A stretch of DNA of 63,675 nt, filler included, from Kipferlia bialata (Eukaryota), in NCBI GenBank assembly GCA_003568945.1. It is 3 parts of 3 records of this genome, joined end to end, with 100 filler letters (N's around TTAATTAATTAA, not from the genome) between each part and the next. Parts side by side here need not be neighbours in the genome. Positions count along the whole stretch, not along the records: positions 27,426 to 54,710 come from BDIP01000171.1; positions 54,811 to 63,675 come from BDIP01000192.1; 1 more part is not named here. One strand, given 5' to 3'. A program made the translations under genes and the position numbers. Under the pieces are notes generated by a model. It was given only the letters and a program-made list of their open reading frames with translations. It was not told the DNA's origin and did no database searches. Positions 51,919-63,271 of this stretch are shown piece after piece. Within the stretch, counting starts at the first letter, position 1. Each line of letters opens with the position of its first letter.

Positions 51919-54710
51919 CTAGAGTTTCTTGATCTTCTTGGGATCGATGACTTCACCTATGGTGAGATCGGTGTCGGTTCATCGGTACTAAACACGTATG
52001 CTCACACTATGCATACATTAATACATCTGTCAACATACCGAGGCTGTCCCTCCTGACGAACTTCCTCTGGTACTTTGCCTTGTTCTTGTTGAACTTCTTG
52101 TGCCTATGGTGAGACCCAGCACTATCAGGATACATACACTACTGTCCGGCACGAGAGTACCCACCTGAACCTCGAGTGCTTCTCCTGCATGAGTGCCCTG
52201 ACCCCTCCCTCCCCACACATGGCGCAGCCTAATACAACTGAGTCATCCTTGAGGGCTAGCTTGACAAGCCTGGCCCCGCAGTCCTAGGGGTGAGGTGAGG
52301 ATACTACACAGTACTGAGTAGTACATGAACATATGTGGATATACAATACGCATGACCATTCCCACCTGACAGACTTCCTTGCAGACCGACCCATTCTTGG
52401 CCTGGTCTGTGAAGAGCATGTAGCTGGAGTTAGAACGGACTGAAAGAGACAGAGTTAACACAAATAGTCGTAGTGGAGAATGGCACATGTTTCGACCCAC
52501 CTGCACTTGTTGCACGATATCTTGACATGGCCATGGATCATGGAGTCCTGACAGTGAGTGTGTAGGGGAGGTAGATAGTGAACAGTATCTGAACAAATAC
52601 GTACCAGCACCAGATACCCGGGTGTCAGCTTGGACGCAGGGGGAGCCATGTCCTCAACATCACCTGGGGGGTGAGGTGGTATATACATGTATATGGATAT
52701 GGAAACTGTGTACAAAGGTTGCATGAGAACACACCTAGTATTCCCCTAAGCACCTCTCCGGCTGTAGGCCCCTTATACCCATCAGCCTCAGCCTCAGCCT
52801 TGGCCTTGGCCTTAGGCTTGGCATCCTGAACAGGGTTAGTAGAGACAGGGCCTGATGTGAAGGCCAGTGACTCTGAGGGAGGCGCCGCGGCAGAGACACC
52901 AGGTCCAGATGTGAACCCTAGGGGCTGGCCAGTTGGAGTGGTATCGGTGGCTGGGAGGGCAGGGGGGTTGGCGTCCCCTCCCTTCTTACCCTTTCCGCCC
53001 TTACCCTTCCCCTTGCCCTTCCCCTTGCCCTTTGCATTCTCCCTCTCTCTCTCCCTCCCTCTGTCAGCCTTGGCACCCTGAGGGGCTGATGGCCTCTGGT
53101 CATTGTCCTCCCTCCTATCACCCTCTCTTCTGCCTTGGTTACCTTGCCCACCCTCTCTGCCCTTTCCCCTTCCCCTTCCCTTCCCATTCCTCTCCCCCTT
53201 CCCATGACCCTGACCCCCCTTCTCCATCTCAGCCCCCCTGGCTGCACCGGATGCATACCCTCCCCTCCTGTCACCTGCCTGCCCTGGGTCTGCCTTGAGG
53301 GTGAAGCAGAGAGAGGGCTGACTGGGTGGGGCATCGACCCCTGACACACCACTGTCTGTACCAGCAGGTGGGTTGACAGGTGGGGTACTCTGTCCCCTGC
53401 CCCCCTTGTCTTGGGTCTTTCCCTTGCCCTTCCCCTTCCCTCTGTTGCGTCCCTGTCCCTTTCCCCCTCTCTCTCCCTGTCTGGACTGGGGTGTCTGGGC
53501 AGTCTCCACTCTGTCTGTCTCCACCCCCCTCTGCACTCCACTGGGATCTCTACTGGCGTCTCTCTTCCACCCTCCCTTCCCCTTCCCACCCCCTCTCTTA
53601 CCCTGCCCTCCCTTCTGCTGGTTGTCTCTGGGCCGGGTGTCTCTCTCCTGCCTTGGGTCTCTCTGAGTGTGCCCGTCTTGGCCCTGACCCCTACCCCCCT
53701 GGGTCCTGTCCTCACTGGGCTGAGGTCTCTCAGTTCTCCCTCTCTCTCCACCCCTCCCATCACGACCTCCCCTTCCCCTCCCATGGTCTCTCCTGGAGTC
53801 TCTGTCTCTCTCCTGACCTCTGCCCCTACCCCTCTCTCCTCCTCCGTGTCTCCCCCTTCCACCCTCCCCACCCCTTGCATTGTACTGATACACATTGGGG
53901 TCCACAGGCTCTTCCCCCCCACTCTCCATCCCGTTGTCCTCTCCGTTGATAAAGATGCCTTGCGTTAACTAGGATAACATACCAAAGTCCTGTACATACT
54001 ATAACTGCAACTTCATCCATCACCCCCCACCTGTGATGTCGATCTTGTTCTTCCCCCCTCCTCCCGTCATGCTGGGATTAGAGAGGTGCACACCCTCGGG
54101 TAGCACGGAGGAGGCATCACGGTTGGCACGCTGGGCCATGTCGTACTGAGGTGTCAGATGGGTATAGGGTCAGATGGGTATGGGGTCAGAGGGGTGGAGG
54201 GTCAGATGGATATAGGGTGAGATGGATTGAGGACATGGGTCATACACAATATACACTATGACCAGGTGGCACCTGGTGGCTGAGTGCTCCCTGTCCAGAG
54301 GGTGCAGAGACCTCGGGCTCTCTCTCACGGCCCCTCCCTCTGCCTCTCCCCCCTCTCCCGCCTCTCCCCCTGTCCGACCTCTGCTGCGTGTGGTCAGAGG
54401 GCATGTCGACAGGTCCAAACATGCACTCCGGGCACCTGGGGGTCGGATAGTCACTAAGTTGCATAACCGAGCAAGAGGACACATACTGTAAGAACATATG
54501 ATACGGGCATATCCCCACCTACACACCGCCAGAGTGGCCATTGAGTGCTGGCAGTCCTGGTTAGGGCATGTGTTACACGTCATGCAGCTACCTACACGGT
54601 GAGAGAGACACAGTTGCACGAGCAATAGAGTCCCATGGACACTTAATGTACCCATATATAGATATATATATATGGCTCCCCACCTGTGCCTGCCAGTGCC
54701 TCATAGATAG
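51919..54710 (-). CDS. TOP3B: DNA topoisomerase III beta, C-terminal zinc-ribbon region, with a large low-complexity insert; catalytic core lost at contig end
   Basis: GSCMTCNTCPNQDCQHSMATLAVCRCPEC ... GYLVL|DSMIHGHVKISCNKC..VCKEVCQ|DCGARLVKLALKDDSVVLGCAMC..DPKKIKKL* follows the TOP3B C-terminal Cys pattern (CNECxHPxCxHS..CxEC..GxLVLD..CNKC..CxxC..GCxxC). Confidence 0.72.
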
Positions 54711-54810
54711 NNNNNNNNNNNNNNNNNNNNNNNNNNNNNNNNNNNNNNNNNNNNTTAATTAATTAANNNNNNNNNNNNNNNNNNNNNNNNNNNNNNNNNN
54801 NNNNNNNNNN
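54711..54810. other. Artificial contig-joining spacer (N44-TTAATTAATTAA-N44)
   Basis: Linker at 54755-54766 within N runs. Confidence 0.97.
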
Positions 54811-54861
54811 GTCCCCCCTCCCCCCCCCCCCCCCCCCCCCCCCCATTATCCTTACCCTCAG

Positions 54862-55090
54862 TTGTTCTCCGGCCGGTCCCTGCGTATCCTGTTCACATAC
54901 AGTGTGGGTTCCCTTATTGGGCTGACCTATGACATCCTATTCGTGGCAAGGTGGCTCCCATTCGCTATCTCTCCCTCTATTAATACCTCTACCTCTCTCT
55001 CTCTCTCTGTATATATATATATGTATATATCCTCTCTCTCCTAGGTAGGCTGCCCCTGGTACAGTCTCTCTCTGTCGCTCTCTCTATATT

Positions 55091-55126
<36 letters not shown>

Positions 55127-58100
55127 CTCCCTCACCCCAGGATGGCTGCCCTTGGCAAGCTAGTGCCTAAGGACCACAGGAACACCAAGACCTTCCTGCT
55201 TGTGTCGTGTGTCACCATATCCTCTCTCCACCTCTTGGTCAGGACCCTCGACAGCGTGTTCTCTCCCAACGCTATAGACGAGGTGTGCACATCCCTATGT
55301 ATATTTACACCTGTATAGATGTATTGCTTCCTCACCACTTCCCCCCCCCTCTCTCTCTCTCTGCCGTTCTCTCTCATCCGAGGTGTATTCCTTCGGGGCC
55401 AGGTACCTCACTATGCTGACCTGTCGCATAGTGGCCGTTGTGTTTGAGCTAGTCATCCTGGTGCATATGAGGGCCAGGGGGCATGAGGGTATGGAGAGGC
55501 TGGAGGAGGAGGAGGGCGAGTGGCCCCTGGCCATTGAGGCGTCTGTCACTGCTGTTCCTGGTATACAGAGCCGGGGCAGCTCCTTCTGCACATTCAACTC
55601 ATTCGTCACACCGGATGATACAGATACAGACGGGGGAGATGGTGAGGCAGAGGCAGAGCCCGAGGGGGTGCAGACACGGGCTAGGGGGAGGGGTCCTGGC
55701 AGTGGGCGCCGGCCCCCCTCCCCCTCTGCCACCGAGAGTGTCAGTGATGTGTCTGACCCTGAGGTGCTGTCCACGGCCAGGGGGGTCCCCTCCCACAGTG
55801 GGGTGGGGACAGTGCCTGTGTCCCCGGCTGAGAGCAGGGACAGGGGGAGAGGGAGAGGGGTTGGGAGAGAGACGGAAGACAGAGAGGACACCGAGGTATG
55901 GAGGGAGTGTGTACATACTACCCATACCCTGTTGACGTGGTACTGTCTCTCTATCTCTCTATCTCTCTGTCTCTCTATCTCTCTGTCTCTCTATCTCTCT
56001 GTCTCTCTNNNNNNNNTCTCTCTGTCTCTCTATCTCTCTGTCTCTCTATCTCTCTGTCTCTCTATCTCTCTATCTGACCTCCAGGCCGCTGCTGTCTTGT
56101 TGAGGAGTAAGAAGCTGGTGGGATACTCTCTGTTCTGGCTCTGCATAGGTATATATATGTATATGTGTATAAATATATATAGAGGTATCATACACTATGT
56201 GTTCTGCATAGATGCGACAGACAGTGTTCATGACTGGCTGGAGTGACATCCTGTTTCACCTCTCTCTCTCTCTCTCTCCCCCTCTGCCTCTCTCCCCCCC
56301 TCACCCAGCCCTGTTGATGACTGCGTTTGAGGTACTGGACCACCACGTTGTGCACCACCTGAGTGAAGTCAACGAGGTCCTAACGGCACACGGGGAACTC
56401 ACATGCGATGTGATCACAGGACAGGTGGGGGTGTATGCTGGTGATACTACTCTGTATACAAGTGAGCACTAGAGGTGGGTCGATGCTTCTTTGTGGATCC
56501 ATTTCATGACTCTCTCTCTCTCTTCCCTCTCCGTCACCCCTAGCTCTGTGTTCTCTCTGCCCTCATGATACATCACTGCTTATATACTTGTATATACATA
56601 TATATATATATTTATATACATATACCCCCCCCCCCCCCCCCCCCCTGTATTGTTGCCATACTAACCTGCAGGGAGAAGTGCTCGACCCTGCCCAATGTGT
56701 TTAGGTTGATTGACAAGGAGACCTACATCCTGCTCCGCTATGTGTGGATCCTGTGCTCCAGGATATCCTCCACCATCAAGGCTGGCATGGTGCCCCCCAG
56801 GGTGGGCCTTAACATGGCCCGGTCTGTGACAATGTCCAGGATCACGCCTGCCTTCTCCAGCGACAACCCCCTCCCTGCAGTCCCATTCCACCTCGAGTTC
56901 GAGCCCAGCAAGCTCAGGTACCACATGTACTATAGTGTACATTTCGTATTATCAATACCCCCCCCCCCCCTGACTCCACCTCACCCCCAGGGATAGTGAG
57001 CGCACCGTCCAGACCCTGAGACACCCCATGGGCAAGACATACTTCGACATGGGTGAGTACATGTGTGTATCTATCTCTTCCATGCCTGTGTCTCTCTGTG
57101 TACCCTGTGACTCACCCCCAGATGAGCCGTCTGTGGCCTCCTTCGAGGCTGCCCACCTGACCCCCGAGGAGAGGGCCCTCATGCCACCCCACATCGTGCA
57201 CTCCCCAGGCATTGTGTCTGAGCTGCAGCAGACAGAGGACCCGGCACAGGTGGGGGTGCATCATGTCAATCTCTCTCTCTCTCTATATATATATCTCCTC
57301 ACCCCAGACCACCCCCGAGGCCAGTGAGGCCAAGAGAGAGAGGCTCACAGCTGGTGTGGTTGACCTGTGCAGACTGTATGTGGCAGAGCCCCAGCAGGGC
57401 ACGTCTGCCATGTCACAGGGTGCGGTGTCATCATATTAATTACCATCCACTGTTGTGTAGCATATCTATATGTAATACCAATCTCACCCCAGAGCTGTTT
57501 GAGACCAAGGTCTTTGAGCTGTGTGGCATCAACGGGTTCCCCGTCCACACGATCAAGAGGATGGTGCAGTGCTGTGCCAAGGCCCTGGACTCTGTGGCAT
57601 GTGCCCTGGAGAAGTGCCCCAGGCTGCTGCCAGTGCTGAGGGTGGGGGCGACACAGGTTGGGATATTTATATATATATCTCGCACACATTGGATGTATTC
57701 GTTGACCCTCTCTCCCTTTCACCCACACTCCCCCTCACCCCCAGACCCATGGAGATAGTCTTAGGGACCACGAGGTTATGGCCACGGCTAGGGCCGGGGA
57801 TCTGGCTCTGACAGCCCTGTGTACAGGTACATGCTTACATACATACATACATACATGCACACCTGCATCTCTACCCCGGCTAATGTCAGGCCTTGCCGTA
57901 GCCCAGAGCATGAGCGTGGGCACTGCGGCCATGATGCCCTGCCTGGCAGTGCCAGACGAGCTGGAGGTACAGGGCAGTATACATAGTATATAGCACATAC
58001 ACATACCAATGTATAAGCCAGCCCCCCCCCTCCCCCCCCTCATATCCAGGTGACCCTCCTCCGGCACCACCGCATGCTGCTGTGGGGCAAGGCCAATGCC

Positions 58101-58133
58101 TCAGAGATTGAGTTTACCAATGTCATCAACTAG
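54862..58133 (+). CDS. Hypothetical multi-pass membrane protein with a soluble C-terminal domain; 5' partial
   Basis: Hydrophobic exons (ILFTYSVGSLIGLTYDILFVA, TFLLVSCVTISSLHLLV, MLTCRIVAVVFELVILV, LVGYSLFWLCI|ALLMTAF) around an acidic loop. The last exon VTLLRHHRMLLWGKANASEIEFTNVIN* has TAG at 58131-58133. Confidence 0.65.
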
Positions 58134-58423
58134 TCCTAAGGATAGGCCCCAGTGGCCCTACTGGGGCTATATGTGAGTCCGTCGCATGAGAATCGTTTTT
58201 GTGTCTCCTTTACGAGAGACACTGTCTTTCTATCAGTTTGCCTTGCGCAGATGCTGAAGTCTCTATTGTGACACCGTCAATAGATAGAGATCATATACTG
58301 GCACTTAGTTGGGAAGTGATTCAATGTGTAGTAGAAACACTTGCAAGATGGGATAACAATGACTAACCAGGCATAGTGACCAAGACAGCATGCCCCGTCT
58401 ACACTATGAATCTATTCTACACT

Positions 58424-60323
58424 CTACTGGACACCGGCAGCGACAAAGGCCTGCTCGAGGTCAGCGATGATGTCGTCGGCGTGCTCGAGACCGACAGAGA
58501 TACGCACCAGACCCTCTGCAATGCCGTACTTGGCCCTGGCCTCGGGTGAGTATGTGGCGTGGGTGGAGACGGCAGGGGCACAGACTAGGGTCTCGGCATC
58601 GCCAAGGGACACGGCACGCTTGCAGAACTTGAGGGCGTCCATGAACTTCTCAGCGGCATCGAAGCCTAGGGGGTGAGGGAGAGAAGGTGTATGTGTGCAA
58701 AGAGTATATATATATATAAACATGTATGTACCTCCAGTGAGCTCAAAGGCCATCACGAGGCAGTATCCGTCGAGCATCTTCTTGGACACCTCGTAGTAGG
58801 GGGAGGTGGGGTGGGACGGGCAGTACAGCACGTCCACGCCCTTGCCAACCTTCTTGGCCACGTGGGCCACAACCTTCTCGCAGTTCTCTCCGTGGCGCTG
58901 GATACGCACGTGGAGGGTCTTGAGACCGTTGATGAGGGCGTGGGACACCCTGGGGTTGGGAGAGGTGACAAAGAGGGATATATATACACCCGGCAACGCA
59001 TATTCCAAACACACATACCTAGCGTCGCACACGGCTCCAGTGCAGTCCTTGAGGCCCTCGAACCTGATGGGTCCGAGGAGGGAGGCAGGGCCAACAACGG
59101 CTCCGGCCAGGGCAGTGCCGCTGCCGATCATGCCCTTGGTGAGGGAGTACACGACAAGGTCGGCACCGTGCTCCATGGGCCTGTGGACGTAGCTGGGGTC
59201 AGAGGGGGCGGATGTGGAGGGAGGGGAGGGGAGGTGTTGGTTGTGTCACATTGAAGGATTACAATGAAACACATGACACTATACCTAGTGGTGAAGGTGT
59301 TGTCGACCACCACGAGGCAGTCCTTGTTCTTGGCGTGCACCATGTCGGACACGGCACGCACGTCGGTGAGGCGGCACACGGGGTTGGCTGGGGGGTAAGG
59401 AGAGGGAAGAATGAGATAGGACAGAGTGGAGGCCTGCGAAATAGGTTAAACACATTGATACGCATAACCGTACCCACAGCCTCGAAGAACACGATCTTTG
59501 TGTTCTCCTTCATGGCGGCCTCCATGGCGGCCATGTCTGTGGTGTCGACAAAGTCAACCTCAACGCCAAACTTGGGCAGAATGTGGCTGGGGTGAGAGGC
59601 TGCAAGGCAGGAACATCTCGACTCAGCTAGTACTCATATATACATACTAGTCTTACCTCATGTAAGCGTAGGTGCATCCGTAGATAGCAGAGCTAGCGAT
59701 CATGTGGTCGCCGGCCTTAAGGAAGGTGTAGCAGGTGGCGCAGATGGAGCCAATGCCACTGGCGAAGACACATGCAGCCTCGGTGCCGTCAAGGGCAGCA
59801 AGACGGGCCTCGGCGACAGAGGAGGTGGGGTTGGAGATACGGGTGTAGATGTATCCCTCCTTCTTGCCGGAGAAGGTGTCACGCATGTCAGCTGGGGTGA
59901 GACAGATGAATACGTCAAAACTCCGGACCAACTAGCAACTCAAGTATCCAGTTCGTGCTCTTTACTGGCTTCCAGACAGGGACTGGGAAAGGACTTACCA
60001 GCGGAATCGAAGGTGAAGGTGGAGGTGGCTGGGGGTTAGATCTGGTTTCGACAAATCTTAACTATACAACCTCAACAGCAGAGGGAAACACAAATCGACA
60101 TGGTACATGGACCACAAGACAGTGACGACTCATTAGATAGAAATCTTTCGACCATGGAGAGCATAAGGGTTAACTTGCGATGCATCTCAATCTTGTCAGT
60201 GTGAGTGAACGTACCGTAAATGGGAGGGGCAAGAGCGTGAGCGTTCTCAGCGCACTCCTTGTCACCGTAACCGGCGTGCACGCATGTGCTGTTGAAGTGG
60301 TGGTGCTCGTGAGTGGATGGCAT
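58424..60323 (-). CDS. mgl: Methionine gamma-lyase (Cys/Met metabolism PLP enzyme)
   Basis: STCVHAG..APPIY|ATSTF, YIYTRISNPT, FASGIGSI, IYGCTY (the Tyr-Gly-Cys typical of MGL), VVVDNTF, SLTK (PLP Lys), AVSLGDAETLV and GLVRISVGLEHADDIIADL. Confidence 0.9.
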
Positions 60324-60655
60324 GTTAAGTCGCAAAGGCTAAAGAGAAGGATGCACTGACAGCAAGGGTTAGTTTGACGAGATGAGAATCATTGGATTAG
60401 TGAAACGTTTGTCTGCTGAACCCTTTACCTGACTAACACAACCCTGGGCCAGGGTCCCTGGCACCAATTCCCATGATCAATACACAAGCCACAACAGCTG
60501 GAGACACTGCGGCACTAACACAACTTGTATCACTATGACACCACTAATCTATTATTTACACGGCTACACAGTTCGATGCCAGACAATGGGTGCCCCGTGT
60601 CTAACACACATTCAATACAAAGGAGCGACGAGGCAGAGGCCTAGAGACTCATGGC

Positions 60656-61957
60656 TTACTCGATGACAACGGTCCAGTTGTTCTTGTCCTCGACCTTGCC
60701 CCACTGGATGCCAGTGATCTGGGAGTAGGCCCACTCGGACACGGAGCGGTCGGACTTGTTGAGGTCGGCATCGAAGTCCTGGGAGTAAGAGATAGAGAGG
60801 AATGGATATGATGTGGAGTGCATACCTTGTACTTCAGGCCTCCGACGGGGGTAACAACGGCGGCGGTTCCGGTACCGAAGCACTCGAGAAGCTCTCCGCT
60901 CTCGATCCATCCAAGGAGCTCCTGAGGATCAGGGAGACAACAAATGAATACAAATCATAGGAACAATACATATATAAAAGTATATACACACCTTGATGGG
61001 CACGGGCCTCTCCTCGACGGAGATGTCGTCCCTGGAGGCGCAGAGGGTGAGCATGGAGTCACGGGTCACTCCGGGCAGGATGAGGCCGTCGAGGGGGGCG
61101 GTCACGATCTTCTTCTTGTCCTCGCCGTCCTTGACGACGCAGAAGAAGTTCATGGCACCGACCTCGGTCAGGAAGTGCTCCTCATCGGGGGAGAGCCACA
61201 GAATCTGAGGTTAGAGTGGTGCAAGGTAGTAGTGAAACGAAAGTCTCAGAAAGTCTCACACTGATTGAGAACGATCTAGAAACCGGTAGAACACACATAC
61301 CTGCTGGCAGCCCTGCTTGGCGGCCATGGACTGGGGCATGATGGTGGGGGCGTAGTTGCCTCCGCACTTGCAGGCACCCACACCTCCGGGGGCAGCCCTG
61401 GCGTACTTGTCGGTGGCCAGGAGCTTGGGAGCGCTGGTGGCGAAGTAAGGGCCGGAGGGGGAAAGGATGATGAACAGCTTAGCGGCCTTGGGGCGGCACA
61501 CTCCCAGGTACTGGTGGGTGGACACAAGGGTGGGCCTGATGTACAGAGAGTGGGCAGCGGCCTTGGGGATGAACTTCTCATCCACCTTCACAACGGCCTT
61601 GATGAGCTCAACAAGCTCCTCAGGCACGATGGCGGGGAGGTCCAGGCGAGAGGCAGAGTCAGCAAAACGCTGGGCGTTCTTGAGAGGGCGGAAGAGACGG
61701 ATCTTGTCATCATCACCATAGTAAGCCTTGAGGCCCTCAAAGATCTCAAGACCGTAGTGAAGGCAGGTAGAGGCAGGGTGGATAGACATGTTGTGGAAAG
61801 GCACAATCCTGGGCACTCCCCAGCCCTCCTCGTCAGTCCAGTCGCACTCGAGCATGTGGTCGGAGAAGCAGTGTCCGAACTTGAGCTTATCCTGGGGAGG
61901 AAGCTCAGTGGGGGTCTGAGTGAGCTCAATGGTCAGATCGGCGACGGGAATAGACAT
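60656..61957 (-). CDS. ilvE: Branched-chain amino acid aminotransferase (class IV PLP), 4 exons
   Basis: FGHCFSDHML, LHYGLEIFEGLKAY, LYIRP, GACKCGGNYA (PLP Lys), EVGAMNFF, ILPGVTRDS and ECFGTGTAAVVTPV. Confidence 0.95.
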
Positions 61958-62346
61958 ATTTCAGCTAGTTCGGGACTTAAAAAGGCAATCAGGTGGCTCT
62001 TTCGCTGACGAGTCTTTCGATGTCCTTATTCCGCCCCCTTATTGCAAAAAACTCATTATTATAATAGGCATTTGATTCAGAGAGTCAAGCAGTCACAGGA
62101 TACACCATTGAGCCTGCTTACACCCAATTAACATCAAAGCTTTCTTCATATGGGCTGATCAGCACCAGAATCTATTGAAATCAATGAGACCGGTAACCGT
62201 TTACAGTTCGTATAGTGGACATGCAACTAAAACAAGGGAGTCTCATTCATCTAGACGGCAAACACTAGAACCAGCCTCTGGTCCAGCAACGAGAAGTTCT
62301 ATCGCATAATAAACCGGGAGAGAGGCTCCTCACAAAATGTTGCTCC

Positions 62347-63142
62347 TTACATGGCGTTGGGCACAACCTCGACACGGGTGCCGGAGGGAGAGGCAACAAA
62401 GGCGATCACAGTGGCGCCCTCCTTGCCGCCCATGGGTCCAGCTGGCCTGGTGACCTTGACAGAGGCGGGGAGGCCGGCGACGTAGGCATACACGTCATCG
62501 GCACCTGAATGTCAGTGATCATAGAGTAATGGTGTTGGATGGTGACAAGACAATGAGAATACACTAAGAGAGCTACCACAGATCCTCGTACCGATGGCAA
62601 TGTGAGAGAATGCCTCGCCGGTGCTGTACTCGTTGGTGCCTAGTGGTAAGATCGGGTAAGTAGGCAGGAACAACTAAAAGACTGAATCATATGCTCGATG
62701 AAACGCATTCATATCGAATTCGTCTGGACCCCAATCCCCATTGGGTGAACTCACCGTAGTTGGTGGTCAGCTCCACAGTGCAGCCTTTTCCTAGAGGTAA
62801 GGTGATGGGATGGTGAGGAATACTCATTGATTGGATCAATGATTCGAAACCAATCATCATAACCAATCACCAATCCAATTTGATTTCGTCCCGCACAACC
62901 CTCACTCACCGGGGAATCCGAGGAAGTAGAGGTCAAACTTCCACTGGGCGAACTTCTCGTGGCTCTTGAGCTCCATACCCTCAGAGTGAGGAGTGGGTAA
63001 AATCAATCAAGGGATTGAGACAATCAATCAATTAGATATTCTCATTAGGAACAACACTCACCAGGTCATAGTAGAACTGGAGCTCCTCCTCGATCTTGTT
63101 CTCGGGGATACGGAAGCAGACGTGGTGAAGAGTAGGGGTCAT
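62347..63142 (-). CDS. gloA: Glyoxalase I (lactoylglutathione lyase), short bacterial Ni/Co type, 5 exons; absent from the ORF track
   Basis: Spliced MTPTLHHVCFRIPENKIEEELQFYYDL|GMELKSHEKFAQWKFDLYFLGFP|GKGCTVELTTNY|GTNEYSTGEAFSHIAI|GADDVYAYVAGLPASVKVTRPAGPMGGKEGATVIAFVASPSGTRVEVVPNAM*. It is colinear with E. coli GloA, with the His/Glu/His/Glu metal ligands kept. Confidence 0.88.
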
Positions 63143-63271
63143 GGTGATTGCAGACTGTCAAAGAGTAGTGTCTGTCTAAGACAGTGTCTTAGATACGTGG
63201 CTTTTTGTCCTGCTACACCCTCATGGGGATGCTTGAGACCCTCGATTCGGCGTGGCTCTTCTCACTCCCAC
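63143..63271. promoter_or_regulatory. Probable bidirectional promoter (~130 bp) between gloA and prlC
   Basis: Head-to-head ATGs at 63142 (-) and 63272 (+). Confidence 0.55.

Noticed and set aside
52918..53968. Overlapping alternative-frame ORFs in the TOP3B insert
   Set aside because: Purine-rich low-complexity sequence lacks stops by composition; only one frame splices in phase with the Cys motifs.
58142..58170. Hairpin gccccagt-ggccct-actggggc after a stop codon
   Set aside because: A single 8-bp stem is expected by chance; there is no evidence of a terminator or SECIS function.
58673..62008. Long antisense ORFs over mgl and ilvE
   Set aside because: They are shadows of strong C/G-ending codon bias on the coding strand.
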